Assembly (NCBI RefSeq): GCF_001194135.2
Contig: NC_068992.1
Span: 4,467,743 to 4,519,772 of the forward strand
Direction: 5' to 3'
Source of the DNA: Octopus bimaculoides
Taxonomy: Eukaryota
DNA length: 52,030 nt
The position numbers were made by a program, and so were the translations under genes. The stretch's first letter is position 1. Each line of letters starts with the position of its first letter. Below, piece after piece: positions 1 to 13,200 of this stretch. The notes under the pieces are model-generated. The model was not told where the DNA came from. It ran no database searches and saw only the letters and a program-made list of their open reading frames with translations.

Positions 1-479
1 ATATATATATATATATATATATAACTTTGAATGTTTTGGTGAAATGGCAGTAAAGATTATACCTGTACGATCTTTTGTTTTTGAAACACACACACGTGTG
101 TATAACAGACGTACATATATTTGCTGTGTTGAAAATTTGAGTAATAGGCTCAAAAGATGAGTAGATTCTATTATATTCTATCATTCCGAAACTGTTGGTT
201 CACTGCTCCACTTTTCAAGTCTTCTCATTTGTATGACTCACCCCTAGCATTTCACTCAGGAATCCAAGGGTGAGTCATCATATCCAAAAAGGTCTATTCT
301 TATCTAAACATATCTAAAATGAGATGATGAACAGCAAGTATGGAAGAAAACAAAAATGTAATAATAATTTGTTAGCAAGAATAACATACGAAACTCAAGT
401 TGTTAAAATACAATAAAAATATAAAACACCTCTAATGTTTACATAAATCTACCTCGGTGTAGTGTACATTGTACTCGCA

Positions 480-990
480 TATCAAATATTCTGCTTTTAC
501 AGTTTCATCAGTCAACATATTTATATACTCATTTTTAAGAGACGTTGTGAAATAGTAAAATAAACTTAACAGCAAACATATATTTTCCAATTTCAACAGA
601 ATATATAAAAACATCCCTGCGCTGCAGTGATATTTTTTAAGAAAACTTTTTTCCCTGCTGTACATAGATTACATCCGTTGCTACTTTTTCCAGGAATTAC
701 TTTCCAGTGATCATAAATTTTAAATTTTTACATAGAATCTCTCTACTTTCACTTGTTGATATAACACAAAAGTATGGTTGGATATTTTGTTTTCGGTTAT
801 GGATGAAGAAACATGTTTGTAAAATACAATCTAATTCGTCTCCTTTTGTTCTAGTATAGCATTTTTGAATGATATTAAGTTTGAAATTTCTTGATTTAAA
901 TATTGTTTTATATATGATAATATGTGCATTTAAGGACACTCTTAGCGAATATATACTGGTGATTCTGCATACACAACTGATCACAATAGT
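480..990 (-). mobile_element. Possible decayed Penelope-like GIY-YIG 3' end
   Basis: Across frames: CVCR..HIIIYKT, KYPTILLCYINK*K*RD and GCNLCTAGK (cf. IIYKA; ST.LS.YIW.LK; CNLC..EK). Followed by a CTGATGA near 503-509. Confidence 0.4.
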
Positions 991-1016
991 TGATATGCCA
1001 GCTAAAATGGATTATA

Positions 1017-1052
1017 TGCAAAGTTGATCTCGGCGGAATTTCAACTCAAGCT
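1017..1052 (-). mobile_element. SINE family A fragment
   Basis: GCAAAGTTGATCTCGGCGGAATTTCAACTCA matches GCAAATTCGACCTCGGTGGAATTTGAACTCA at ~11839-11869. Confidence 0.55.
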
Positions 1053-1225
1053 AAAAAAGAATTTAAAATAATCTGTCATATGCTATTATGCCTCAACCAA
1101 TTAGCCGCTTTATTAACACTTCTTGGTAGTTAATCCGATTTTACTTTCAGCAACGTTTGGCTTCTTTCGCTGTATCCTTTATTCCGCTGTCTCTCAATCT
1201 TCTCTTGCTCACATGTGTACACACA

Positions 1226-1226
1226 T

Positions 1227-1283
<57 letters not shown>

Positions 1284-1372
1284 CCTATACACACACACAC
1301 ATATATATGTATATATATATATATGCGTGTGGGTGTATTTATGTGTAAATGTATTTATTTACATATAGCTAC

Positions 1373-1445
<73 letters not shown>

Positions 1446-1590
1446 CATTTATGCATATATACGCATATATATATATATATATATTCATGCATACATAACA
1501 CATGCATATATATATACGCGTATATATGTGTATGTATATGTATGCGTGTGTATGCGCGCATGTATATATGTATGCATACATACATACATG
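1226..1590. repeat. Compound (CA)n/(TA)n/(TG)n microsatellite
   Basis: Directly visible; source of the HT/YI/CV ORFs. Confidence 0.95.
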
Positions 1591-1934
1591 AACATCTTCT
1601 GACACCATGTTTTGTCGGTGGTGAATTGAAATGTTAGCGATTTAATGATTACGAAGCAAAATAAACGTTGAATAAAATATCTGTAAAAAAATGTTAAATA
1701 TAAAAACTGAAATACTGAGTAAGAATGCAGAAAAGTAATTAACGAACAAATTAAGGGTATAAGCAATTTAAAGCAACGTATTTAAGTAGAAGTAAAAATA
1801 AAATCATTCAGGTTATAATGAAGAAAGCAGACAGATAAAGTTTAAAACATATTGAAAAAGAAAATTGAGTAGAAGACAGAAATATATTAGCTTAAAAGGT
1901 TAACAAGTATAATGTATACTCACAAATCCACATG

Positions 1935-1995
1935 TACAAAGTACAGACGACATGCCAATTAGCATTTTGTCCGGCGTGCGAATGTGTCGCCGTCT
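1935..1995 (-). mobile_element. SINE family A head fragment
   Basis: AAAGTACAGACGACATGCCAATTAGCATTTTGTCCGGCGTGC..CGCCGTCTT matches the family A head. Confidence 0.5.
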
Positions 1996-2479
1996 TGTAT
2001 TATCTATAATATATTAACTACTACGTTGTACAAACTTTATTTCAGTAACATTGGTAAGTGTAAATCTTTCAGGTATAAGCACAAATAGTCTGATACATCA
2101 TATCATATTCCAGAGAAACTATAGGTAGTGGATGCAGATACATATTTCAATAATTATTGCTCTGACATCAGCACGATATCTAACCCATCATTTGTCCACA
2201 AAGGCATTGTATAAATACCCAGTAAATGGGATAGGGTACTATTAAGTATATTAAAAATTTAAAGTAAATGGAGTCTGAAATTTGATTTAGCAGAGCGATG
2301 TTCTCGTTATTAAATTTATCTCTATATATCTCCCATAGTTATGTTGATACATCTTGTATAGTTAAGCCTAGGTGAGCTTTACTTAAAAAGACCTCATCTT
2401 TATGTTGGTGAAGGAGACAATAACCTCCATATCTATATCAGGGAAAATTTTCCCGAACATCTTCACGGAGGCAAAACTG

Positions 2480-2720
2480 GTTTGTAACATGTACGAACTG
2501 CAAAACATTGCTCTTATTCTTGATATTATGTTATCAATAGCCAGCGTATAATCAACAACTTCATAAAGTCATTTTTGCTTGATCTTTCCAACGTTTTTCT
2601 TTTTGTTGGCTCAACTTCAAACCTCGCCCACGACATCTGCGCTAGTTTTGATCCCGGTAAGACCTCTGCTGAAACACTGTCTGCCGCCAGGATACAGTAA
2701 TCTGCTATTACAAGTAAAGC
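2480..2720 (-). mobile_element. Possible RTE LINE C-terminal remnant
   Basis: Minus-strand SQQKEKRWKDQAKMTL*SC resembles the RTE motif GGQKKRWKD.LK..L..C. Confidence 0.3.
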
Positions 2721-3315
2721 TATCAATATAGCCGTATCGATAATTTTTACAACAGTTATTATAGAAAAGAATAGTAAATTGTCATTTTTTTTATGTGTTC
2801 ATTTTTGTTTCAATAAAAAAAGTCAACAGAAAAGCAGTTGCTGCTGTTATCCAAAAACTTTGTTATATTTGTTGCTTTCATTGATGTTGTTATTAAATTG
2901 TCTGCCATTGTTGATGATACTTCTTGTTTTTTACTATCTGCTATCTTTATTGTTATCAAAATGATGTGCTTGAAGTGATGTAGTGATGGATATTTTCAAA
3001 CAATTCACAGAGATGTTTCCCCAACAACACTCAATGACTTCCTCTTGCCATGAAGGACAACAACTAAAGTTGCTGTATTCATAACTCTGATTAGATTCCT
3101 GTAGAAACCATGGAGAAGAACAAAAACCAATGAGATATCTTTGAAAACATCTCTAAATTAACCCTAAGGAATATTATTATCCAAGATTATAAATGATCAG
3201 CATCAGAATTTAGTTTAATTGTAAAATAGAAGAAATGCTTTTTTCGTTCTGTTTCTGAACATCTCTATTTTCTTTTTACCATATCTCTTCTGATATCATT
3301 TTGTCTTCTAGTCTC

Positions 3316-3318
<3 letters not shown>

Positions 3319-3371
<53 letters not shown>

Positions 3372-3717
3372 ACACGCACACACACACACACACATATCAT
3401 GCTGAAGATTCGGCCTTCAGCTACAGCTTCTCTCTGTTATTCTCTTTCTGATTGTCAGTTTCTACTCATTTCTTAAACGACCTCCTTCAATGAAAATCTT
3501 TCTTTGTATACAATCTCTATCCAACTCACTCTCTCCCACGCTCTCTCTCTCTCTCTTATTATTAATCATCCTCTCTCTGCTTATAAATGTATATATATAT
3601 TATACATAGACATACATGCATATATATGTATATATATCATACATAGACATACATGCACATATGTATATATAGACATACATAAACATACATGCATATATAT
3701 ATATACATATATGGAGG

Positions 3718-3756
<39 letters not shown>

Positions 3757-3833
3757 GTATTAGGATAGATACACACATACACACACAAGCACGCACTCAT
3801 GCACAAAAATACACACACACGCACACACGCACG

Positions 3834-3895
<62 letters not shown>
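3319..3895. repeat. (CA)n, (CT)n and (TA)n microsatellite cluster
   Basis: Directly visible. Confidence 0.9.
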
Positions 3896-3896
<1 letters not shown>

Positions 3897-5394
3897 GAAA
3901 ATCAGTACATCTTTATGTCATTAATTCCTACGTACGTTTCAGACATGGAACTCTGTACATAAGACAAGTAGTCGTATATCTGTCACTTTATTTCAGTCCT
4001 CCTTTCTGCTTTCATCTTCCTTCCTTACTTTACCGCATGGCATGTACACATTTCCCGCACATACACGTTTACATATTCTGACATGGAGAAGTAGAATTCT
4101 CTCCCCAGACACACACATACAAACGCAAAAATACGTGCACACACATACACGCACACGTATACATACGCACACACATATACACACCATGCACACACGCCCT
4201 TCCATACGCTTCCACTCACGGCAACACCAATGCACTCACTTGCCCAAGGAACTAAACTTCTCACCACCCAACCACACCTATATATACATATCTCCTAATA
4301 TAACAATGAGCGTAGTGTTTTTATGTATTTGTATATATATATTTATCAAAAATTACGCAGCAGGGGTGAAGGGAGAGGACAGAAAATAGTAATTCAGTGA
4401 AGGAGGAGTAGTGAGAATAATAGCCATGACTGAGAGGGAGTGAGAGAAAGTAACAGCAATGAGAGAGAGGAAGTGGCAAAGAGAACGTCGTCTATCTTCT
4501 ATAATATTCTACTATAACAATACACTTGTGTATTTCCCCATCACAACATATGTGTGAGAAAAGAAGGCGTGATCCACCGATGGAAGTGGGATGGTATAAT
4601 GTCTACAGTGAAAGAAAAATGGAAACAGCGTTTCAACTTTGTGTGAGTATATGTGCGTACGTGTAAAAGGGAAGAATATGAATGTTTTTGTGTGTGCATG
4701 GTGTGTTTGTGCAAAACATATTTATATTCTTCAGTGAGTGTATATGCGTTTGTGTATATTTATTTTGAAAGATACATAGAAAATAGAATTACAGACACAC
4801 GTTCGTTTACACAAACATACATACATATAAATGGAAGGAAGCGGGTGGTCACAAATTATAAAAACCGCGTTCGGTACAAATTGTGCTACTGTTACATATA
4901 GATGTATACATATGCACTCACACACACACAGTTGAAGCACTGTTCGATTATCCCTTCCCCTTTGTACACTTTATATATATAAAATACTACAATTAGCCGT
5001 CATCTTTGACGGCACAAGGTCTGATAGTATTTGTATACTTATACACACGCGCAGACCCACACACATACTCACATACTCACACACACAAACGCACATACAC
5101 ATGCGCGTTCACCCAACACAGAAACGCACGCGCACACACGTGCACAAAATTATGTGTGCGTGTGTGTGAACGCGTATATCTTCCTGTATGAATTGTGTTT
5201 ATTTTTCACACAAAAGAAGACATATTTCTCGAATAGAAACGTTGTCATTCGAATTTTCATAGCGACAAAATACATACATCCTGAATTACAGAGAGGACGC
5301 ATATCGTTTCGACTGTTTCGGAATGCTTCTATCTATGAACGTATGTAGCAGATTAAAGTGCCAGTAACAAGAAAGAAAAAGGTACAAAGAGACA

Positions 5395-5403
5395 GAGAGC
5401 TAC

Positions 5404-5464
<61 letters not shown>

Positions 5465-5465
5465 G
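5395..5465. repeat. (GA)n microsatellite
   Basis: Directly visible. Confidence 0.95.
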
Positions 5466-5962
5466 GGGAGGAAGAAAAATATATGTTTTATTGTAACTTT
5501 GATTTTGCTAAAAATATTTGAAGTCACTACGTAAATTTTCGAATTTAGCCAGAATGAGAAATAAGAAACGCGCACGGAAAGGAAAGAAACTCTCAACTAA
5601 GCAGAGATAATAGTCCATGATTGTATATAATATGATGTAAGACAGTCACAGGATTGAATATTTAGCGGCTTTATAAATTTAAAAACTTGCATGAAATTAA
5701 TAACTTTAAACAGAATCACTGCTGCTGTTTCCATTAACTTTCTAAATGAAAGATTACTACAAATGTAATTTAGTTAAAGTTACTTTATAATTAATATACT
5801 TTAAATTAATTTACTTCTTCCTATGTATGTAGAAAAATGTTAGAGGTTTCTTCTGGTTTCTGTACACATTCAGTTCTATGTAAACTTGATCACGGAGCCA
5901 ATTTGTCAGCTAATTAGAATAAACAGACAGGCAGACAAATAAAAAGAGAGAGAGGAGGAGAG

Positions 5963-6008
<46 letters not shown>

Positions 6009-6154
6009 AAGAAAGAAAGATAGTAGCCGAGAAAAAGAACTGCATACTACGTATTTACATATGTCTATTTACGTGTGCATAATTTTATAAGTGTGTTTAT
6101 TTTGTCCTACAATGTATACATAGATATCTTACACTTAACCCGTCTATTTTGCAT

Positions 6155-6156
<2 letters not shown>

Positions 6157-6226
<70 letters not shown>

Positions 6227-6310
6227 ACGCACACACACACACGTACACACACACACGTACACACACACACACGTACACACACACACGTACACACACACAC
6301 GTACACACAC
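6157..6310. repeat. (CA)n with periodic CGTA interruptions
   Basis: Pure (CA)n changes into repeated units of ACACACACGT plus (AC)n. Confidence 0.9.
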
Positions 6311-6814
6311 CAAGGGTTTGATATTCGGACCAATTGATTACGGTGTCGTATATGTCCTTTATTATCAAGGATATTTAAATATATTGAAAGATAATTCACG
6401 GTAATATGTATATTGTTCTATTTTCATAAATTCTCTTGAGTTCTTATATGTTTTCTTTGCCCAGAATGGAATGTACTACAGACTAAATGTCTACTTACAC
6501 ATATTAAATGTTTCAAAGACATAAATAGATTTACACATAATCTATTTTTCGTTGATGCTATTGTTTTGTTGAAGATTAACTCTGATCAAGAACACCTATG
6601 ATAAAAGCGATTCATATTCGTCATCCAGCCATTCAGTAAGAGTATATTATTTAATATAAACTTCATGCTGTAAGCTGGTCGGCCATCATTCGAGGGATAT
6701 TTAATTGATACTTCTAACAAGTGGAACGCCTGTGTAATAGATTTCTTTCTTTGGCGTGAATTACTGTATTTAATTATCAAGCCATGGTAGTTTCGATTAG
6801 ATGTTTTTATTGAA

Positions 6815-6950
6815 TTAGAAGGCTGTAGCTTTGCAGGTCCTTTACGTTCTGTATTTAAACCATGGCGGGGTCAACTTTGCCTTTTACCTTTTGGGGTTCG
6901 ATAGAATAAAGTACTAGTGAAGGTCTGGAATCGATGGTATTCACTAAGCT
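6815..6950 (+). mobile_element. SINE family A, diverged partial copy (explains ORF 6855-7040)
   Basis: TTTACGTTCTG..GGCGGGGTCAACTTTGCCTTTTACCTTTTGGGGTTCGATAGAATAAAGTACTAG is the sense strand of the family A body. Confidence 0.7.
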
Positions 6951-8174
6951 GCTCCACATATTATTTTTGGCAGTAAGCCTGAATAAGAAACTATCATTCG
7001 AATAGAAGAATACAGCCACAAGAAGGAGAACAAAAATCACTATATGACCGAAGAAGAAAACTTAAAATAAATTAATTCAGTATTTCTGGTTTCTAAAACT
7101 TTAACTTTGATATTCTTTTGAGGCAACCTCAATTTTGACTATAACACGTCATAAGTTTTAATTCAATAAAATTGATAGAATAGCTTAGCTGAGGCCTGAA
7201 ACTTTTGGTGAGAACATTACTATGTAGATTATGACTGAAGCAAGCTTGCAAGAGTAATTCGCATCCAACTCAGAATATGGGTCCACGTAAAAGAGAAAAT
7301 TACGGCTCCTTTGAAACCACATATTGATTGTGAAGAGGGACAGAATGCGTTATTCAATTTAGCCACTAAATATTGGTTAAATCTATTCAATAATGAATAT
7401 TTATTGAACAGATTTTCTTCTCTTTATTCAGTTTTCTGTAGCTTCCATTGCTCTTCATTGGTTAAATTGTTATTAATAAATATATAAAAAAAATGTCTCT
7501 GATGCACATGCCAACGATGACATGATTTAATATAACTTTGAACAAGTTTTATAACAATCTTAACATTGAGAATATCGAGAGACAAGCTGCATGTAAACAG
7601 TACAATTCGATTATTCTATACAGCAGTAGCCTATGGGATGTTAACATCAATCTACAGTGATATATTTTGTTAGAATATTTATCTTTATACTCGTTCTATC
7701 AACATCTAAATACTACAGCTTTTATCAGCATCTACACTACGGGATCAATTTTGTCAAATTCTACTTACCTACGTATTCTACGTAATCTGTGAATATTTAT
7801 ATACTGGAATCAATGAGTTTATATCTCCAGTCTACGATCAATGGAAACATATACAGAATATTGTGTTCTGCCAATATCATGAGACTGCGATCAATGTTGT
7901 CAACATCTTCGAAACATGAATATATTCTGTCAATATATATATACCAAATATTTGAAGTCTTTAATAAGAATCGATTCCATAAAGGTTTGATTCAATGAAG
8001 CTCACATTTGTTCAAAACTGTTCTTTTACGATCGTTATATGTACTCAATAAATAAGATAATCTCCATATAATTTCCTACGATACGGTACTTTATTTCACT
8101 CGTATAGAATTTTTGTGAGATTTAATAAAATGAGCAGGTCCTTCGTTAGCTCGAAGTTGCCATTCCAAATAGCA

Positions 8175-8345
8175 TAAGTGGGAGCTCTAGTGGTTAGGAG
8201 TGTTCGGCTTATGGTTGCGAACATGTCGATTGAATGCATATCCTAACACCGAGTGGCAGCACCTTTTCTTTTTAAACAAGGCGCTTCATTTCCCGTTTCT
8301 CCAGGCTTCGCAGATGTGATAGTAACCAACCGAGAACTGATGCAG
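8175..8345 (+). mobile_element. Old SINE-like remnant
   Basis: CTCTAGTGGTTAGGAGTGTTCGGCTTATGGTTGCGA resembles the family B head; ATTTCCCGTTTCTCCAG resembles the core. Confidence 0.45.
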
Positions 8346-9284
8346 CAATATTTATCTCCATCAGACACGTACTACACAGTTTATTGTATAAAAAAGGAGT
8401 GTCTATGAGTGTTAGCGACTACAGAGGCACCTAAAATAATCAGTGAAAGCATAATACGTGTTACTAAACCGTACACGTTCGAGAGTAGCGGTTGGCTGTA
8501 CTATTATACTTCGAGAAGCAACAGCGAAAATAATGGACTATATATAAACGGTATAATGGATAACTACCCATCTATTATTAATCCATCTTACTTCTTGCTA
8601 TTATGTGACCTGTAAGTCATTCATATAACCAAGTAGCCAAACATAATGTGCAGCCAAATAGAGTTACAGTAAAACAGACTGAATGGTTGAAAGAAAGCAG
8701 TTCTGGTATGATTATACAATGGCATTTTCTTCCTTTTATTATTCTCTTTATCAATCTGCCTATCATAATCTCTATACCTCTCAACCTGTCACTCTCTCTT
8801 TCTCTCTTTCCGTTTTTCCGTTCTCTTTCTCTCTTTATTCACCTATGTATCCATACACTGTTGACGTCTATAGAAATGGAATTTACCACGTAAAGGCAGA
8901 GAACTTACCCAACAAGAAGAAAGCTAATTTGTCAGTGTAGTCTTGGAATGGTTTTCCTCTCCATAACCTATTTATGGTGGTCTGCCGAGTATATATCAAC
9001 GCCAAGCTTGTCGCCACAATCAAATAGAAACAGAGACAAATCTAATCTATATAGGAAGTAGGAATTGAAATCTCCAGATCAAGTTTGGTAATTAATGGAT
9101 GACGAATTATTCTACTGCATTTGCTGGTGTACATTCAACATACATTGTCTAAAAATAGTCCCCAAGCATTTCAATCATATAAGATCTTTCATTTCAATGA
9201 AAAATACCAGTATTGTTTATTTGCGATATATCGACGCAAGAGCTGGAAATAAATAAGATAACACTCTAGTTTCTCTGCCACATC

Positions 9285-9315
9285 CACCACCACCACCACC
9301 ACCACCACCACCACC
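9285..9315. repeat. (CCA)n trinucleotide repeat
   Basis: Directly visible. Confidence 0.9.
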
Positions 9316-10755
9316 TCCCTTTGCCCTCCTCTCCCCCTCTTTGTCATCCTCCTTCTTTTTCTTCACCTCCTCTCGGTCATATAGTGAATTTATGTCCGCA
9401 TCAGATTCTTATTCTTCACCACTTCTCCCTTCTTACCTCACCTCTCTCCCCACGTCTCTTATCTCATCTCATCTTCTTATTCAGAATAATGGATAGATAA
9501 GTGTCTAATCTTCAATTCATCGTCAGTAGTCGTCCACTCATCTATTTTTTTTGTCCTGCTACCGTCCACTCACTAGCCATTTATTCATCATCATCAACCG
9601 GCCACGTCTGACAAATCAGACAACATTAGAGTATGCAACCATCAAGCAGCCGTCTATCCGTGTAAAGTTTCCATTATGAAACCACATAGCCAGAAATAGT
9701 TAACTTTTGTAATCGTTTCACCCCTCTATCACCCTACACACATAACAACAACACAAGGGAATCAAAACATTCTAAACAATAACACCAGGCTAAAAGACAC
9801 TGACAGACGTTTGCAAACACGAATGTTTTATGGCTTTGAAAATTCAATTCCTCGTAGATTAACATAAAGAACCAACGTTCTACGTTAAACAATCTACATT
9901 GTACTGTCCATGCAAACACATTGCTGATCTGTCTTTCAGTCTATCTACCTATCTATCTATCTTAAAGTTTATCTTCACAATGCACTCCTACACACACATA
10001 TATATATGTATCTATATTATGTGTGTGTGTGTGGGCGTATATATGTATATATATATATATATATATATTTATATGTGCGTGTGTGTGTGTGTATGCATGT
10101 ATGTGTGTGTGTGTATGAATATACAAATTTATCTCATTATATAGCTTATTTCACAGGTTTTATCGCTTAAGATCTGCAAAATATCTGTTCGTTATTTCTT
10201 CTTAGTACTAAATGAGAGAAATTAAAATCGCTCCACTTCGTGAATGTATCCGTAGCTTGTATTCTTACAGTCTATACAAGCAAAATACAAATAAACTTTA
10301 ATTTCATAAACGTGCATGTGATGATCACATAGACTACTTAATTAATCTTCAATGTAGTTAATAGCATTTAAAAAAAAATTTAAATATACCCACATTTATT
10401 TTGTAAATTGAAAGTATAATTTACACCTATTATCAACATTATGCTAAATTGCTGTTATACAACAGATTTTGTCTCTGTGTAGGCATTAGATAAATCTGTT
10501 TAGGGTTTAATTCGTTAAGTAAGGCTAAATTTTAGATTTATTTAAAAAACACACTTTATCCGTTACACATTGAAGTATCGAAAATAAAATGCAGTGTTCA
10601 ATGTATGAAATAATTACGCCATTGTGTGAAGATACCTTCTTGTTCTCAAAAATTAGAGAACGAAGCTAAGTTGAGTCCAAGTTTATATATTCTAGAAAGA
10701 GCTACAATCTAGACACCCGTCAGCCTTTTAGTTAAGAACAGCAACAATGATAATA

Positions 10756-10950
10756 TCTGAAATGTTGGCACAAGGCCAGACGTTTCGTAGGGATATTGAT
10801 AATCGATTACCTCGTCCCATATACTTGCCTGGTCCTCGTTTTATCGACCGTTAAAGGATGAAATTCGAAGTTGACCTCCGCAGAATTTGTTCAAAGAAGG
10901 TAAAGAGCCGGAAGAAATGCTGCTATGTATTTCGTTCCACGTTTTCTAAC
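10756..10950 (-). mobile_element. SINE family A, diverged copy
   Basis: GGCACAAGGCC..ATCGATTAC..TTTATCGACC..AAAGGATGAA..GACCTCCGCAGAATTT..GAAATGC aligns by eye to 11733-11943. Confidence 0.75.
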
Positions 10951-11049
10951 GTGTTGTTATCACTTTGTTTACTTTTCATCGTGAGATTAACATTTTGATG
11001 CGTATGTTAATGTTAATCTAATCATATGTTGATTGATTATTAAACAGAT

Positions 11050-11600
11050 GTTTTAAAAAATGATCTTGTATTTTTTATATTTTCATTGTTGGCACGTCAA
11101 ATATACCTGAATATTTACGAAGAGGTTTTCGTATGTATGATATTATTTATTGGTAGAATTGCGGTGGGCTGAATGGTAAGCTAGCTGGATAAATATTATA
11201 TGTAGCGTGTAATTGTCTTTTAAATTTTCTGTAATTGTTGGGGCTGTTTGTGTAGTTGTTATGTAAAAAACAAAAGCGCAACTTGTGCTTTATTCTTCTT
11301 CATTGTACTTTATTTTATATTATTGTGGCATGTATTTAGAAGAGCGTTATTCTGTTTTGGTTGAGTGCGTAGTTTTCAGGGGAACCACACCGCATCCTTG
11401 CTTAAGTTTTACAATGTTTGCATGGTGCACCCAATCAAAGATATGCTGTTTGGTATCTCAGTTCTGTTAAAGGTGGAACGTTTTTTCTATTTGTGTTTGA
11501 GCGATTTGAATAAACATTTTTTGCCGAGAAATTCTTTTTAGCGAATATTTACAAATGAGAGAGTAACATAATGATGTATCGTTTTCTTTTGTGATTGGAT
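11050..11600 (-). mobile_element. Possible highly decayed Penelope-like RT-linker/GIY-YIG fragment
   Basis: Minus-strand pieces LGKK.FIQ, FNRTEI and HIIYPAS..SYIR resemble IGKKF / FNRNTVK / IIYKA..YIG. Weak. Confidence 0.25.
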
Positions 11601-11732
11601 TTATTCGTTGAGTAGTAAAACATATACTGTGTTCTTTCACAATTTAGAATTGATCGATAAAAGCCTGACTATGGTAGGATAAAATATATTTCAGGAGTGG
11701 CTGGAACAATGTTATATTTGTTGAATATTCTT

Positions 11733-11943
11733 TTCTACTCTAGGCACAAGGCCTGAAATTTTGGGGGAGGTTACAAGTCGATTTGATTGACCCCAGTACG
11801 CAACTAGCACTTAATTTATCGAACCCGAAACGTTGGACGGCAAATTCGACCTCGGTGGAATTTGAACTCAGAACATAAAGTCAGACGAAATACCGCTAAA
11901 TATTTCGCCCGGCGTCCTAACGTTTCTACCAGCTCACCGCCTT
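11733..11943 (-). mobile_element. tRNA-derived SINE family A, near full length
   Basis: Minus head AGGCGGTGAGCTGGTAGAAACGTTAG (A-box-like) and GAGTTCAAATTCC (B-box), body GGGGTCAATCAAATCGAC, tail CCTTGTGCCTAGAGTAGAA. Homologous copies elsewhere in the window. Confidence 0.9.
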
Positions 11944-12654
11944 ATAGCTGTTGAATATTGAAACAAGAAGTTGTAATAAGAGAGTATTGTTATGCAGAAG
12001 TGGCTGTTGTGTTTCTTGTAGTAGTGGTATTGGTAATAGAATCGTAGTTGTATTTTCTTGGCAGAATTTATAACAAGATAACGCTATTTCAGTCCAACAA
12101 GCCATATCTAAATTTATCAGTATATATATATATATATATATATATNNNNNNNNNNNNNNNNNNNNNNNNNNNNNNNNNNNNNNNNNNNNNNNNNNNNNNN
12201 NNNNNNNNNNNNNNNNNNNNNNNNNNNNNNNNNNNNNNNNNNNNNNNNNNNNNNNNNNNNNNNNNNNNNNNNNNNNNNNNNNNNNNNNNNNNNNNNNNNN
12301 NNNNNNNNNNNNNNNNNNNNNNNNNNNNNNNNNNNNNNNNNNNNNNNNNNNNNNNNNNNNNNNNNNNNNNNNNNNNNNNNNNNNNNNNNNNNNNNNNATA
12401 TATATATATATATACATAATACCTACACAACGCATTTGATTTGATATTCATCTTCTAAGTTCAACAGTTCTCTGCGGACCATCGCCCTCTGGACCCCCAT
12501 CAACGTTACCGCTCTCTTCAATCGGATGATCTGACCTCTGCTAATGCAAGCGGTAACCCCGTGTCTTACGCATCTGAGAGGTCCGGCTTTAGACAGTTTA
12601 CCACAAGTCTGGGTTTTGGTAAGTCTTGGAAGAAAGCCAGCACTTCGTAGTTAT

Positions 12655-13200
12655 ATATGAGGCAGTAACAAAAGAGCTGTCCGATATTTAAATGAATAAA
12701 GAAAACAAAAGAGGAGTAATTATAGATCTATTTACTCATTAATATATTTTACATTTCTTTCAATAACCTTATTCCATCTTTCAAGATGTTTTTGTAGGTC
12801 ACATTTATAAAATTTATTAGGTTCTGACCTGAAATAATAGATTAACTTCATTTCGTCTGGGTGTGTTGCAGACAGCCTAAGGTCATGTATATATTTTTTT
12901 TGCACTGCTATGCTAATGATGGTCAAGAGATGCAAATCAGGAGATTGTGCTGGATCATCTTAGTGTTTTTAGTTTTGTCAGGTGAGTACCTTTAAGATGT
13001 TTTTGGGTTAAACAGACGCTACGGAAAAGTGTATTATACTGATGGAGATGAAAGTTTTCCTGTTCGTTAAAGTCGAGCGCTTCTCTGCCATAAACCACAG
13101 TTGTCCTTGTCTGATTATTGTTAAATATTTCTAATGATAATAATGTTTCAGCTATCCAACCATGGAATTAATATGGTTCTCTTTGAAGTAAGCATCCCAA
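12655..13200 (-). mobile_element. Mariner transposase C-terminal remnant (pseudogenised)
   Basis: Minus-strand pieces AEKRSTLTNRKTF (cf. EKRPEL.NRKGV), DDPAQSPDL (cf. YSPDL) and FRSEPNKFYKCDLQKHLERWNKVIERNVKYINE* (cf. FY..GI.KL.ERW.KVIE..G.YI). Stops and frameshifts present; possible decayed TIR near 12655-12690. Confidence 0.8.

Noticed and set aside
490-515. CTGATGA on the minus strand after the Penelope-like remnant
   Set aside because: Stem II is weak (CTG/CAG) and GAAA and stem I are not intact; at most a relic.
3002-3040. IHRDVSP kinase-like peptide
   Set aside because: Lacks the downstream catalytic-loop Asn, is followed soon by a stop, and has no other kinase motifs.
8409-8940. Cluster of short plausible-looking ORFs
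   Set aside because: No recognisable domain and no convincing splice sites; consistent with chance ORFs in AT-rich DNA.
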